Of a stretch of DNA of 63,281 nt, positions 9,612 to 19,098 are shown in pieces. The notes under the pieces were generated by a model that searched no databases, was not told where the DNA came from, and saw only the letters and a program-made list of their open reading frames with translations. This DNA comes from Candidatus Hydrogenedentota bacterium (GTDB taxonomy: Bacteria; Hydrogenedentota; Hydrogenedentia; Hydrogenedentales; GCA-2746185). Location: the NCBI GenBank assembly GCA_046583315.1, contig JAYGCN010000075.1:1-63281 (forward strand), read 5' to 3'. Both the position numbers and the translations under genes were made by a program. Positions within the stretch are counted from its first letter, which is position 1; the number at the start of each line of letters is the position of its first letter.

Positions 9612-10331
9612 ATGATCGCGTTGGATTACACCTTCGAAAATCCCAACGCGAATCTCGCCTTCGATGAAGTGTTGCTCCGTGATGCAGAGCGCGAATCCAG
9701 TGACGACGTGTTGCGCTTCTGGGAGAGTACCACGCCATTCGTTGTGCTTGGACTCACCCAGCGCATCAACGACGTGGTGTACGTCGACCGGTGCACAGAG
9801 GACGCCATTCCTATCACCCGTCGTTGTTCCGCGGGCGGCTGCGTACTACAGGGACCCGGCTGCCTCAACTTCACCTTGATACTCGCCAAGAATCGCCATC
9901 CTCAAATCATTTCCATCCAGAATTCCTACGACTATATTTTGAATCGGATAATTGATGCCCTGCCGGAATACGACCTGAATCGCGCGGGGATCTCGGATAT
10001 CGCCCTCGGAGATCTCAAAGTCTCTGGGAACGCCCAACGACGCCATAAAAATTACATCCTTCACCATGGAACCATCCTGTACGATACCGATATTCAACAA
10101 GTATCGCGTTACTTGAAGGAGCCCAAAGATCGACCGGACTATCGCGGAACACGATCACACGAAAAATTCGTATCAAACCTTGCAACCTCTCGGGAATCTC
10201 TAATGGAGACAATCCGCACCATTTTTGAATGTGAAGCAGCGACGAACTCCCCGCGTCGGGATATTTTGAAAGAAGCCGCCGAACTCGCTCAGACGAAATA
10301 CGACAAACAGGCATGGATATACCGAAAATAG
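9612..10331 (+). CDS. Lipoate-protein ligase / octanoyltransferase family (catalytic domain only)
   Basis: NLAFDE, RRCSAGGCV, KVSGNAQ, HHGT; follows gcvPB. Confidence 0.85.
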   Translation: MIALDYTFENPNANLAFDEVLLRDAERESSDDVLRFWESTTPFVVLGLTQRINDVVYVDRCTEDAIPITRRCSAGGCVLQGPGCLNFTLILAKNRHPQIISIQNSYDYILNRIIDALPEYDLNRAGISDIALGDLKVSGNAQRRHKNYILHHGTILYDTDIQQVSRYLKEPKDRPDYRGTRSHEKFVSNLATSRESLMETIRTIFECEAATNSPRRDILKEAAELAQTKYDKQAWIYRK

Positions 10332-10358
10332 AGTGCCGAAAACAATCAATTTGGGCTA

Positions 10359-10387
10359 TTGACGTAAAATATACAGTAAGGTAGAAT
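10359..10387 (+). promoter_or_regulatory. Sigma70-type promoter, probably giving a leaderless mRNA
   Basis: TTGACG (10359-10364), 17 nt spacer, TAGAAT (10382-10387); GTG start 6 nt after the -10 box. Confidence 0.7.
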
Positions 10388-10393
10388 AAACCT

Positions 10394-11056
10394 GTGAGAA
10401 ACACTTCGCAGAACCGGGCACTGCCCGTCGCGATAATTATTGCACTGACTGCGCTCGGGGGATTAGCAATCTGGTATTGGGGAGCTCCCTCTGCGACTTT
10501 TTTCGCCGCACAAGAGTTGAATCGAGCCAAGAAGGAAGCTGAAAATGCCGGCAACGCCCCCCCTATTTCGTTGGGACAGGCGACACAGGAGTCCCTCGTT
10601 CACCGTTATATCACCGCGTATCAATCACGAAATTGTGCGGAAATTACGGCCTGTACGGAGTGGATACAAGAGCGCTTGAACCCCCTTGGAAACGACGGGA
10701 TTACGCAATTCAATGCTGCTCAGAAGAAACTATGCAGCGAGCTACTGAGCCGGAAATCGGGGGAGAATCAAGTTGAGATATTGGGTATTCGAGACATCTA
10801 CCTGATGCCGACGACCGTGACTTATAAAGTGATGGGGGCCGACCCGGGACGACAGGATCTTGTGCTCCCTGTTGTGGAACGCGTCTGGATCGCTTTTGAA
10901 TATCCAAATCAGGCGACCGCTCCGCAAACCCCATCGGGAAAAACGATTCGGAGCCTGCGCGCCGGAATAAACATATCGACAGATAACACGATCCTTAAAG
11001 GGTCGATAATTGGAAATTGGGAAATTGATCGAGATTCAATAAGAGTTCGCGAATAG
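10394..11056 (+). CDS. Hypothetical membrane-anchored/exported protein
   Basis: 220 aa ORF with N-terminal hydrophobic helix; own promoter. Confidence 0.65.
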   Translation: MRNTSQNRALPVAIIIALTALGGLAIWYWGAPSATFFAAQELNRAKKEAENAGNAPPISLGQATQESLVHRYITAYQSRNCAEITACTEWIQERLNPLGNDGITQFNAAQKKLCSELLSRKSGENQVEILGIRDIYLMPTTVTYKVMGADPGRQDLVLPVVERVWIAFEYPNQATAPQTPSGKTIRSLRAGINISTDNTILKGSIIGNWEIDRDSIRVRE

Positions 11057-11074
11057 AAAAGGAGAATCAATTCG

Positions 11075-11491
11075 ATGCCACTCGCAAAATCTAAACGCTG
11101 CGATACATTGTTCAACAAAAATGAAGAGCCTATCTGCGGCGAATGCGAACCGCTTGAACGGGCCGATCACGAAACCGTAAGGGATTACCTCATTGAACAT
11201 CCCAACGAGACATCTGAACACATTTCTGAAAACATGGATGTTGACGTTAAATGCATTCTGCGGCTCGTTGATACAGGCGCGATAGCCAGTGTGGACTTGG
11301 GCGGCGATGCACAGTGCGGACAATGCGGTGCGCCAGCGATCAGCGTATCCAAACGACTCTGCACCGCGTGTCTCGACAAGCTGGAGAAAAAGATGACCGA
11401 CGTCCAGAGAAGCATCCAGCAAACCCACGAAACCAAACGAACTGCTGAGAGACTACGGGTTCATGACGCATTGGAAGAAAAACGCCGTTAG
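11075..11491 (+). CDS. YvyF-like (flagellar operon) zinc-finger/HTH protein
   Basis: LAKSKRC..LF..ICGEC..E..VRDYL..HP..I..GAI..CGQCG..LCTAC resembles Bacillus YvyF; AGGAG RBS. Confidence 0.7.
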   Translation: MPLAKSKRCDTLFNKNEEPICGECEPLERADHETVRDYLIEHPNETSEHISENMDVDVKCILRLVDTGAIASVDLGGDAQCGQCGAPAISVSKRLCTACLDKLEKKMTDVQRSIQQTHETKRTAERLRVHDALEEKRR

Positions 11492-11535
11492 CCCCTAACT
11501 CATCAACCTCGTGCGACACAAAAAGGCGACCGACC

Positions 11536-11697
11536 ATGACAACTAAAGAGAGAAACGGCGCAATCCTGCTAGTCGCAATTTTCTGTTTATTGGGCATTCT
11601 CCTCTTCTTTACTGTGGAACGCCCAACGGGCGAACTGCGTTCTATTGAGAACAACGTCATTATCGAGCAGCGCATGAAGAGTCGCGGCTTGAACTAG
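11536..11697 (+). CDS. Small single-pass membrane protein (53 aa), missing from the ORF track
   Basis: MTTKERNGAILLVAIFCLLGILLFFTVERPTGELRSIENNVIIEQRMKSRGLN; AAAAGG upstream; fills the gap co-directionally. Confidence 0.55.
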   Translation: MTTKERNGAILLVAIFCLLGILLFFTVERPTGELRSIENNVIIEQRMKSRGLN

Positions 11698-11716
11698 TCC
11701 TAAGAAAGGCAATTCC

Positions 11717-12898
11717 TTGCTCACCCACACAAAACGGACAGCCATTCTTATCGGGTGCTGTATAGCGCTTGGACTGAACATAAACCTGTCCGCGCAGGTA
11801 GCGGCGTTTCGCGAATACGGCGCACCACCCTCCGAGACACTCCAACTTCCTGTTTCAGCTCGGGCAAACGATATCCCCTATGTATCACTGCTCGACCTCA
11901 TCAACAACCTTGGTGGCGCAACCACCATCACGCCGAACCGGATGCGCATCGATCTCAACAGCACTACGGCCTGGGTAGGTCTCAATGATAACCGTGTAAA
12001 CGCCCTGAGTATATTCACCCTTGGCCACAACATCATCTCGGATGACTCCGGCGTTTATATCGCCGTCGCTGATTGCCAATCATTCTTCAAGAAATCATTC
12101 CGCCTAAACCTCGGTGTCGAGACCAAAACCAACCCGACCCCGAATCCGTCGCGTACAACCCAGTCAGAATTCGATCCGACGCGAGAATTATTCGAAGATA
12201 CCTCCTCCGTTACGACAGCACCCGCCCGTAATCGCGCCATTCGCACGATAGTAATCAACGCCGGGCATGGCGGATTCGAGAGCGGTGTCGAAGGCCCCAC
12301 CGGCGCACTCGAAAAAGACATCACACTTCTTATCGCGCAACAGGTGAACGATATACTTGCCGGAACTAAGGATGCCACCATTCATCTCATCCGCGACAGC
12401 GATACAGACGTCACGATTCAGCAACGCTCCGTCATGGTGCAATCCGCCCGCGCCGACCTCCTGATCAGTTTACACCTCGGAGGTTCATTTTCCCCGGAAA
12501 CCGCCGGGCTCGCCGCCTTCTACCCCGAACAAGGCAGTCAGCGCGGCTCCAAAGGCCTCTCACTACGCTGGCGAGCAAGTGATATCGCAACCGCCAGTCG
12601 TGGCGCCGCAGAAATACTTCTATCCACCTTAGAAACCGAACTGGGACTGCCTACACGCGGAATTCACCCCATCACAAACCCCCTTTTCAAATCGATCAGC
12701 GGCCCCGCAGTGCTCATCGAGCTGGGTTGCCTGACCAACCCGGACGAAGAAACCCGCCTGCGGGATCCTGATTATCAGCACAAACTCGCAACCGCTCTAG
12801 CGACCAGCATACGCCAACTCATCACCGAATCGGGGAAACCTGCCCCCGTCCAAAAGTTCGACAACGAATCCATCCTTGAGGCACAACGAAACCAATGA
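11717..12898 (+). CDS. N-acetylmuramoyl-L-alanine amidase (Amidase_3)
   Basis: Signal peptide; IVINAGHGG, LEKDITL, ISLH, VLIELG zinc/catalytic residues. Confidence 0.9.
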   Translation: MLTHTKRTAILIGCCIALGLNINLSAQVAAFREYGAPPSETLQLPVSARANDIPYVSLLDLINNLGGATTITPNRMRIDLNSTTAWVGLNDNRVNALSIFTLGHNIISDDSGVYIAVADCQSFFKKSFRLNLGVETKTNPTPNPSRTTQSEFDPTRELFEDTSSVTTAPARNRAIRTIVINAGHGGFESGVEGPTGALEKDITLLIAQQVNDILAGTKDATIHLIRDSDTDVTIQQRSVMVQSARADLLISLHLGGSFSPETAGLAAFYPEQGSQRGSKGLSLRWRASDIATASRGAAEILLSTLETELGLPTRGIHPITNPLFKSISGPAVLIELGCLTNPDEETRLRDPDYQHKLATALATSIRQLITESGKPAPVQKFDNESILEAQRNQ

Positions 12899-13554
12899 AC
12901 GATACGCCTAAACCACGCAACATTCTGCGTTCAGCACTCTTGAGCCTGTGGGGCCTGCTCACCTTGATCCTGGTGTTCACCCTTGGCATGATCCTCTACG
13001 AACAATATCAGGAAGGACAGAATCCACTGGCCTTCGCCATTCGCGAAACACCCACTTCGGTACCAACTCCCGCCCAACCCGTGGAGATCATCGAAACAAC
13101 GGACGTGCGCATCTTTTTCGCGACACCCAACTCGATTTACGTGCGTCCGGAGACCCATCGCCTCCCTCTGGGTAGCAGCACCGTGCGCAATTGCCAGGCC
13201 GCACTCAATCAGATTATCGACGGCCCCAAATCAAGCGATCTTATCCCCGTCATCTCCAATCGCACAACCATTCGTGCCATGTACTTACTGGAGAACGGTG
13301 AACTCGTGGTCGATTTCTCCCGTACGCTCGAAGCTGGACACATCAAAAGCACCACGGCCGAATTACTAATGGTTCGCAGCATCACACGCACACTCTTTCA
13401 ACGCGAACTTCGCGGCCCAAACGACCTCGCAGTGAAATCCCTCCGATTTCTCTTCGAAGGCGCGCCCTATCAACAGACCTTTCCAGCACACATTGACCTA
13501 AGCGACCCTATCCGCAACACCACATTGCCTGGAGCCTCCATTGAATCCGTCTAA
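12895..13554 (+). CDS. GerMN domain protein
   Basis: N-terminal TM; VRIFF, ALNQIIDGP, VVDFS, ELLMVRSITRTL, HIDLSDP; amidase-GerMN-murI context. Confidence 0.8.
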   Translation: MNDTPKPRNILRSALLSLWGLLTLILVFTLGMILYEQYQEGQNPLAFAIRETPTSVPTPAQPVEIIETTDVRIFFATPNSIYVRPETHRLPLGSSTVRNCQAALNQIIDGPKSSDLIPVISNRTTIRAMYLLENGELVVDFSRTLEAGHIKSTTAELLMVRSITRTLFQRELRGPNDLAVKSLRFLFEGAPYQQTFPAHIDLSDPIRNTTLPGASIESV

Positions 13555-14350
13555 CGGCGACGGTGCCATCGGCATATTTGATTCCGGGTTCGGCGGACTA
13601 ACCGTCGCGCGCCAGATCATGGAACGCATGCCCAACGAATCCATCATCTACCTCGGCGACACCGCCCGCCTGCCCTACGGAACGAAATCCCCCGCCACCG
13701 TTATCCGATACGCGCAGGCCTGCTCCGAAATCCTGACACAACGCGGCATCAAACTGCTCGTTGTGGCTTGCAATACCGCTTCCGCACACGCTATCCCGGC
13801 ATTACAAACTGCCAACTCCATCCCCGTCATCGGTGTGGTGGATCCCGGAGCACATTGCGCCGTAAACGCCACCAAAAAGGGTCCTATCGGTATTATCGGC
13901 ACACAAGGCACCATCAACAGCCAGGTCTATCGCGATGCCATCCATGCGCTGACCCCCGAAGCCGAGGTCGTATCCGTGCCATGCCCCCTCTTTGTGCCGT
14001 TGGCCGAAGAAGGCTGGACCACAGGCTCAGTCCCCACCCAAATCGCACATCACTACCTCGATGCCATCATGCAACATGAGATAGACACCCTCGTACTCGG
14101 ATGCACCCACTACCCGCTCCTCGCCGAAACGATTCAACAAGTCGTATCGGATCGTGTTACACTGGTCGACAGTGCCAGTTCCACTTCGGGGGCCGTCGAA
14201 GAAGTACTGCGGGGACTCAATCAACTAGCACTACCCGAAGAACATGCGATACACGAATATCTGGTCAGTGATGACCCAGAGAAATTTCGCCAACTCGGAG
14301 AACAGTTCTTGGGACAACCAATTGACTCAGTGGAGTGGTTAGACTTCTGA
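13541..14350 (+). CDS. murI: Glutamate racemase
   Basis: FDSGFGGL, PYGTKS, ACNTAS, LGCTHYP. Confidence 0.97.
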   Translation: MNPSNGDGAIGIFDSGFGGLTVARQIMERMPNESIIYLGDTARLPYGTKSPATVIRYAQACSEILTQRGIKLLVVACNTASAHAIPALQTANSIPVIGVVDPGAHCAVNATKKGPIGIIGTQGTINSQVYRDAIHALTPEAEVVSVPCPLFVPLAEEGWTTGSVPTQIAHHYLDAIMQHEIDTLVLGCTHYPLLAETIQQVVSDRVTLVDSASSTSGAVEEVLRGLNQLALPEEHAIHEYLVSDDPEKFRQLGEQFLGQPIDSVEWLDF

Positions 14351-14352
14351 AT

Positions 14353-15837
14353 ATGCCAGACGACATCAAAGAAAATGAAGAAGAACCAACCACTGATGGC
14401 CAGGAAGAAACGGTTTCAGAAGAAGCGATCGAAATCCCTAACCCCTGGCGCACGATTATCAGGGGCGGAATCTCTTTCACCATACTACTCATCGTTTCGC
14501 TCGCGCTCATGTTTCAATACATCACCAGCCGACCCTACGATCTCCTCCCGATTTCTGTGCAGACGGCAACGTCCATCGAAAATTTTCTCAGCAACCACCA
14601 TATCGTACCTTCCCAAATTACCATCACCGATCCACTACTAATCACATCGCCCAAAGCGCACTACTATCAACGCGACTACATCGTCCACCTTCCTTCCCAC
14701 ACCAATCGCGCACTGATCGAAGCCACTTTCGAACGAAAGATGCGAAACAACAACCTGATTGTGGCCGATTCACAACGCGATGAGTCCAGGCAAGAGATGG
14801 CGATTTCCTACGGTGAATATGTTTTCGCCAATGTGCGTTTTCTACAATCCCGAACTCGAAGGGTTATCGAACCACGCCGCGCAATCGACACAGCCCGATA
14901 TACACCAGCACCAGTTAAGCCAAAACGGACACCATCACTTTCGATACCGGATTCGGTTGATAAATCCGCCGACAAGCCCATCGAAACTTCACAAATTGAG
15001 CCTGCCCAAACGCTATCCCTGGAGTCCATCAAGAAAGACTACGATGGTTGGAGCCCTCAACAAATCACGAAAACGACACCCGGCGAACCGTCTCCCCCCA
15101 ATGAAACCGACGATATCATCCTGGCCGCCGTGCCCGAAGAAGTGCTCAATGCTTTTCCGATCGAGCCCGTCATAAATGGCTCCGCCAGACTCGCCATCAT
15201 CGTCGACGATGGCGGATACGGCGGCGCACTCACCGACACCATCCTCTCGCTCGATACGCGATTGACTCTCGCCATTCTGCCCAATACACCACACGGTTCA
15301 GCCATTGCAGAGAAAGCACACGGCTTGGGTTTCGAGATTATGCTGCACATGCCCATGGAGAACACCGACCCTGAACTCCTCCATCCTGGCCAGATCAATA
15401 TTGAAATGGACCCGGAAGAAATTACCCTGCTCACGCTCGAGGCCCTGACCCAAATTCCGCAAGCCATCGGCGTCAATAATCACACCGGCTCAAAATACAC
15501 AACCGACCCCATCGCCATGGCACACTTTATGGATGCCATCAAGGGCCGCGATCTGTTCTTCGTAGACAGTCGCACCACAACACATACCACCGCCTACGAA
15601 GTGTCAAAATCATACGGATTCCCATCCGCCCAACGCGATCTCTTTCTCGATCACGATAACGACGAGAGCGAAATACGCAAACGTTTTGCCGAAGTGATCG
15701 AAGTCGCCAAGACCAAAGGCCAAGCCATCGCTATCTGCCATTTTCGACCAACCACGGCACGACTACTCAAGGAAATTCTCCCAACACTCGAAGAGCAGGG
15801 TGTCACGCTCGTCAAGGTATCGGAACTGGTGCAATGA
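14353..15837 (+). CDS. Divergent polysaccharide deacetylase family protein (YibQ-like) with long N-terminal region
   Basis: AIIVDDGG, MLHMPME, GVNNHTGS, FVDSRT, RDLFLDH, AICH; N-terminal TM; ATG 14353 chosen. Confidence 0.88.
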   Translation: MPDDIKENEEEPTTDGQEETVSEEAIEIPNPWRTIIRGGISFTILLIVSLALMFQYITSRPYDLLPISVQTATSIENFLSNHHIVPSQITITDPLLITSPKAHYYQRDYIVHLPSHTNRALIEATFERKMRNNNLIVADSQRDESRQEMAISYGEYVFANVRFLQSRTRRVIEPRRAIDTARYTPAPVKPKRTPSLSIPDSVDKSADKPIETSQIEPAQTLSLESIKKDYDGWSPQQITKTTPGEPSPPNETDDIILAAVPEEVLNAFPIEPVINGSARLAIIVDDGGYGGALTDTILSLDTRLTLAILPNTPHGSAIAEKAHGLGFEIMLHMPMENTDPELLHPGQINIEMDPEEITLLTLEALTQIPQAIGVNNHTGSKYTTDPIAMAHFMDAIKGRDLFFVDSRTTTHTTAYEVSKSYGFPSAQRDLFLDHDNDESEIRKRFAEVIEVAKTKGQAIAICHFRPTTARLLKEILPTLEEQGVTLVKVSELVQ

Positions 15838-16808
15838 CAACCATTCTCGGCATCGAAAGCTCCTGCGACGATACAGGAATAGGCATCGTTCGCGACGGCT
15901 GTAACGTGCTTGTCAACGACGTCTCCTCCCAAGTCGACGTACACGCCACATTCGGAGGCGTCGTACCCGAGATTGCCTCCCGAATGCACGTCGAAGTCAT
16001 TACACAGATGGTTGAGACCGCGCTTGACAAACTCAGCGATCCAATCGATGCCGTGGCCTACACAAACGGACCAGGACTCATGGGCTCCCTGCTCGTCGGC
16101 ACCAATTTCGCCAAAGCCTTCGCCTATGCACGCGGTATTCCATCCATTCCCGTGCATCACATCGAAGGCCATATTTTTTCCGCATTCCTCCAAGGTTCCC
16201 CCCCCGAATTCCCCTGCCTCGTGCTCATCGTCAGCGGCGGCCATACCCAACTCATCCACGGCCACGCCGCACACGAATACACCCTACTCGGCTCAACGCG
16301 CGATGATGCCGTCGGCGAATCCTTCGACAAAGTCGCTCGTATGCTCGGACTACCCTACCCAGGCGGACCCAGCATCCAAAACACCGCGAAGGACGGTGAT
16401 CCCGACGCCATCAAATTCCCACGAGCCTTCGCCAAAACCGACAACCTCGAATTCAGTTACAGCGGACTTAAAACCGCCGTACTCTACGAAACGCAGCGTA
16501 ATCCCGACCGACCCATCGCCGATATCGCCGCCAGCTTTCAAGCCGCCGCCATCGACATCCTCCTCATCAAGACCAAACAGGCCCTCACACAGACAAAGGC
16601 CCCAAAACTCATTCTCGCCGGAGGCGTGGCCGCGAACAAGCTCCTGCGAGAGCGACTCACCTCCGAGCTCGATGTACCCGTGTGCATGCCCGCGTTCAGC
16701 GTCTGCATGGATAACGGGGCTATGATAGCCGCAGCCGGTCACTCTCGATTCATGCGCGGCGAATACGGCGACCTCACAACCATCCCGATCCCCTCCATAT
16801 CCCTTTGA
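15834..16808 (+). CDS. tsaD: tRNA N6-adenosine threonylcarbamoyltransferase
   Basis: GIESSCDD, GGVVPEIASR, HHIEGH, VSGGHT, DNGAMIA. Confidence 0.97.
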   Translation: MTTILGIESSCDDTGIGIVRDGCNVLVNDVSSQVDVHATFGGVVPEIASRMHVEVITQMVETALDKLSDPIDAVAYTNGPGLMGSLLVGTNFAKAFAYARGIPSIPVHHIEGHIFSAFLQGSPPEFPCLVLIVSGGHTQLIHGHAAHEYTLLGSTRDDAVGESFDKVARMLGLPYPGGPSIQNTAKDGDPDAIKFPRAFAKTDNLEFSYSGLKTAVLYETQRNPDRPIADIAASFQAAAIDILLIKTKQALTQTKAPKLILAGGVAANKLLRERLTSELDVPVCMPAFSVCMDNGAMIAAAGHSRFMRGEYGDLTTIPIPSISL

Positions 16809-16822
16809 TTTAATGCTCAATA

Positions 16823-16831
16823 TGATATAAT
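16823..16831 (+). promoter_or_regulatory. Extended -10 promoter for pilT
   Basis: TGaTATAAT upstream of AGGGGG RBS and ATG 16855. Confidence 0.55.
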
Positions 16832-16854
16832 ATGTCCTCAAGGGGGGATTTTAA

Positions 16855-17925
16855 ATGGAACATATGGACGAACTGCTTACGTTGGCAGTGGAAAAGAACG
16901 CTTCCGATATTCATCTGAAAACCGATAACCCACCTGTAATGCGCATAGACGGAACACTAAGGCGCGTCGGAGATGAAGTACTCGACAATGATCAGGTCGA
17001 AAGATTACTCGCCGACATTGTCTCAACCAAAGACATGGCCAAGTTCACCAAACTCATGGAACTCGATGCCTCCTACACCCTGAAAGGCAAAGCCCGCTTC
17101 CGTATCAACGCGTGCCTCGACGACGGAGACTGTCGTGTCGTACTCCGCATCATTCCCGTCAAAATCTTAACGCTCGACGAGCTACAACTACCCGAAGTAT
17201 TAAAACCGCTCACGCAACACAAAAACGGCCTGGTGCTTGTGACCGGCCCCACCGGTAGCGGGAAATCGACATCCCTTGCGGCCATGATAAACCACATCAA
17301 CACCTCGCGGCCTGAACATATCATTACCGTCGAAGATCCCCTGGAATTTCTTCACCAAGACGAGCAATCCATCATCACTCAACGCGCTGTTGGTCATGAC
17401 ACGCTCTCATTCGCCAATGCCCTGCGCGGCGCATTACGACAGGATCCCGACATTATCCTCATCGGGGAAATGCGTGATGAGGAAACCGTCGGCACCGCAC
17501 TTTCATCTGCGGAAACCGGGCACCTCGTGTTTTCCACCCTTCACACCGTGAGCGCATCCGAAACCATTCACCGTGTGATCGACTTTTTCGAGCCGCACCA
17601 ACAAGAACAAGTACGCAAACAGCTCGGTACCGTCATACGCGGCATCCTATCCCAGCGTATCCTCCCCCTCAAAAACGGTGGCGGGCGTTGCGTCGCAATG
17701 GAAATCATGATAGGCACCCGTACCATTCGCGACTATATCATCGATGGCAAAAGTCTCAAAGACGTCACACGCCTCATCGAAGAAGGCTACGATCAATACG
17801 GCATGCAAACCTTCGACCAAGCACTCTACGATCACCATGAAAATGAAACCATCACCACCGAAGTCGCTCTGGCTAATGCAACAAGCCCCAAAGACCTCAA
17901 ACTTCGATTCCAGGGACTCAACTAA
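16855..17925 (+). CDS. pilT: Type IV pilus retraction ATPase, PilT/PilU family
   Basis: ASDIHL, GPTGSGKST, EDPLEF, LRQDPD, GEMRD, AETGHLVFSTLHT, GMQTFDQ. Confidence 0.92.
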   Translation: MEHMDELLTLAVEKNASDIHLKTDNPPVMRIDGTLRRVGDEVLDNDQVERLLADIVSTKDMAKFTKLMELDASYTLKGKARFRINACLDDGDCRVVLRIIPVKILTLDELQLPEVLKPLTQHKNGLVLVTGPTGSGKSTSLAAMINHINTSRPEHIITVEDPLEFLHQDEQSIITQRAVGHDTLSFANALRGALRQDPDIILIGEMRDEETVGTALSSAETGHLVFSTLHTVSASETIHRVIDFFEPHQQEQVRKQLGTVIRGILSQRILPLKNGGGRCVAMEIMIGTRTIRDYIIDGKSLKDVTRLIEEGYDQYGMQTFDQALYDHHENETITTEVALANATSPKDLKLRFQGLN

Positions 17926-17946
17926 CCCCGTAGGGAACACCTCCAA

Positions 17947-18813
17947 TTGCTCACCCTACCGTTCATAGTACGCCCCAATATCCTCACAGGATGGATCGCC
18001 ACAACCGTCTCCCTGCTTTTGTCGATAGCAGCCCTGGGCGAGAACCTGCTCGCCAATCCCGGATTCGACTCCCTGCAGCTCAACGGCATACCACACGGCT
18101 GGAGTTTGTTCATCATGCCAGGCAATGAGGCCTTCGGGGACACCGACCGAATCGCGCACGACGGCGACTACTCGGTCATGCTGGCGACACTCTCCCCCTA
18201 TGCAAGAGAGCCCGTGAATAACTGGAGTCAGCCTATTTTCGATGATCTCACAGACACTACGCTTACCATAACAGCATCCATACGAACCGAGAACGCGGGA
18301 AACGCCGGACTCTGGATTCAATGCTTTCGAAGGGGACAGTCACAGACATTATCCGAAGCAACAACCATTCAAACCACACCACTCTCCGGCACCCACGGAT
18401 GGTCAAAAGTTTCGACTTCCATCGACCCACCCGCAGATACCGACTTTGTAATGGTCCGCTGTATATTGCTGGGTACCGGAAAAGCATGGTTCGACTCACT
18501 CGAGGCCCTTGCAGCACCCACCCAATCAGAACAAGATGCAATCGCGGAACAATGGGAAGAACTCACTCCCATCACGCCCGAAGCGCAAGCCCCTTCCAAA
18601 GCTCCAATCCAATCCGAGGATATCCTGTACGTGAGTGCTGCCATTCAAGCAACCATTCGCAATCTGGAACAATCCAACGCTGAATTGATAGAGCGCATCG
18701 CGTCCATACAGGAAAATCTCGATACCTACAGAGACGAACTGCAGACACTCGCGCACGAAGAAATGGTCCACCCGCTCATCCCATACGATCACACCCAAGA
18801 CGAGGCTCTTTGA
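17947..18813 (+). CDS. Exported protein with galactose-binding/CBM4_9-like domain and C-terminal coiled coil
   Basis: Signal-like N-terminus, NLLANPGF, GTHGW, GKAWFD; helical acidic C-terminus; start uncertain. Confidence 0.6.
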   Translation: MLTLPFIVRPNILTGWIATTVSLLLSIAALGENLLANPGFDSLQLNGIPHGWSLFIMPGNEAFGDTDRIAHDGDYSVMLATLSPYAREPVNNWSQPIFDDLTDTTLTITASIRTENAGNAGLWIQCFRRGQSQTLSEATTIQTTPLSGTHGWSKVSTSIDPPADTDFVMVRCILLGTGKAWFDSLEALAAPTQSEQDAIAEQWEELTPITPEAQAPSKAPIQSEDILYVSAAIQATIRNLEQSNAELIERIASIQENLDTYRDELQTLAHEEMVHPLIPYDHTQDEAL

Positions 18814-19041
18814 ATGAACACATTGCGAATTCTACTCCTCGCCCTTCTCGCTGGCACAGCAAGCGCCGGTTGCGTCTGGTATCTATGGGGCATGGCCGAA
18901 AATTTCAGTGTTCTCCGAAACACTCCCGCAAGCGACGACGGTGAAGACGCAGAAGAAGTCACCGTAGACGAATCTGCAGAAGATACCCCCGATGGCCGGA
19001 CGAAGGATGCGAAAGTCGATGATGCCACAGAGGTCGCTTAA
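18814..19041 (+). CDS. Small membrane protein with acidic tail
   Basis: ATG abuts upstream stop; hydrophobic N-terminus then D/E-rich tail. Confidence 0.55.
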   Translation: MNTLRILLLALLAGTASAGCVWYLWGMAENFSVLRNTPASDDGEDAEEVTVDESAEDTPDGRTKDAKVDDATEVA

Positions 19042-19098
19042 CAAAACTAAGGAGTATTCAGCAACTGGACAGTGACTCTGGCCCCAGGGAATCCCGTT

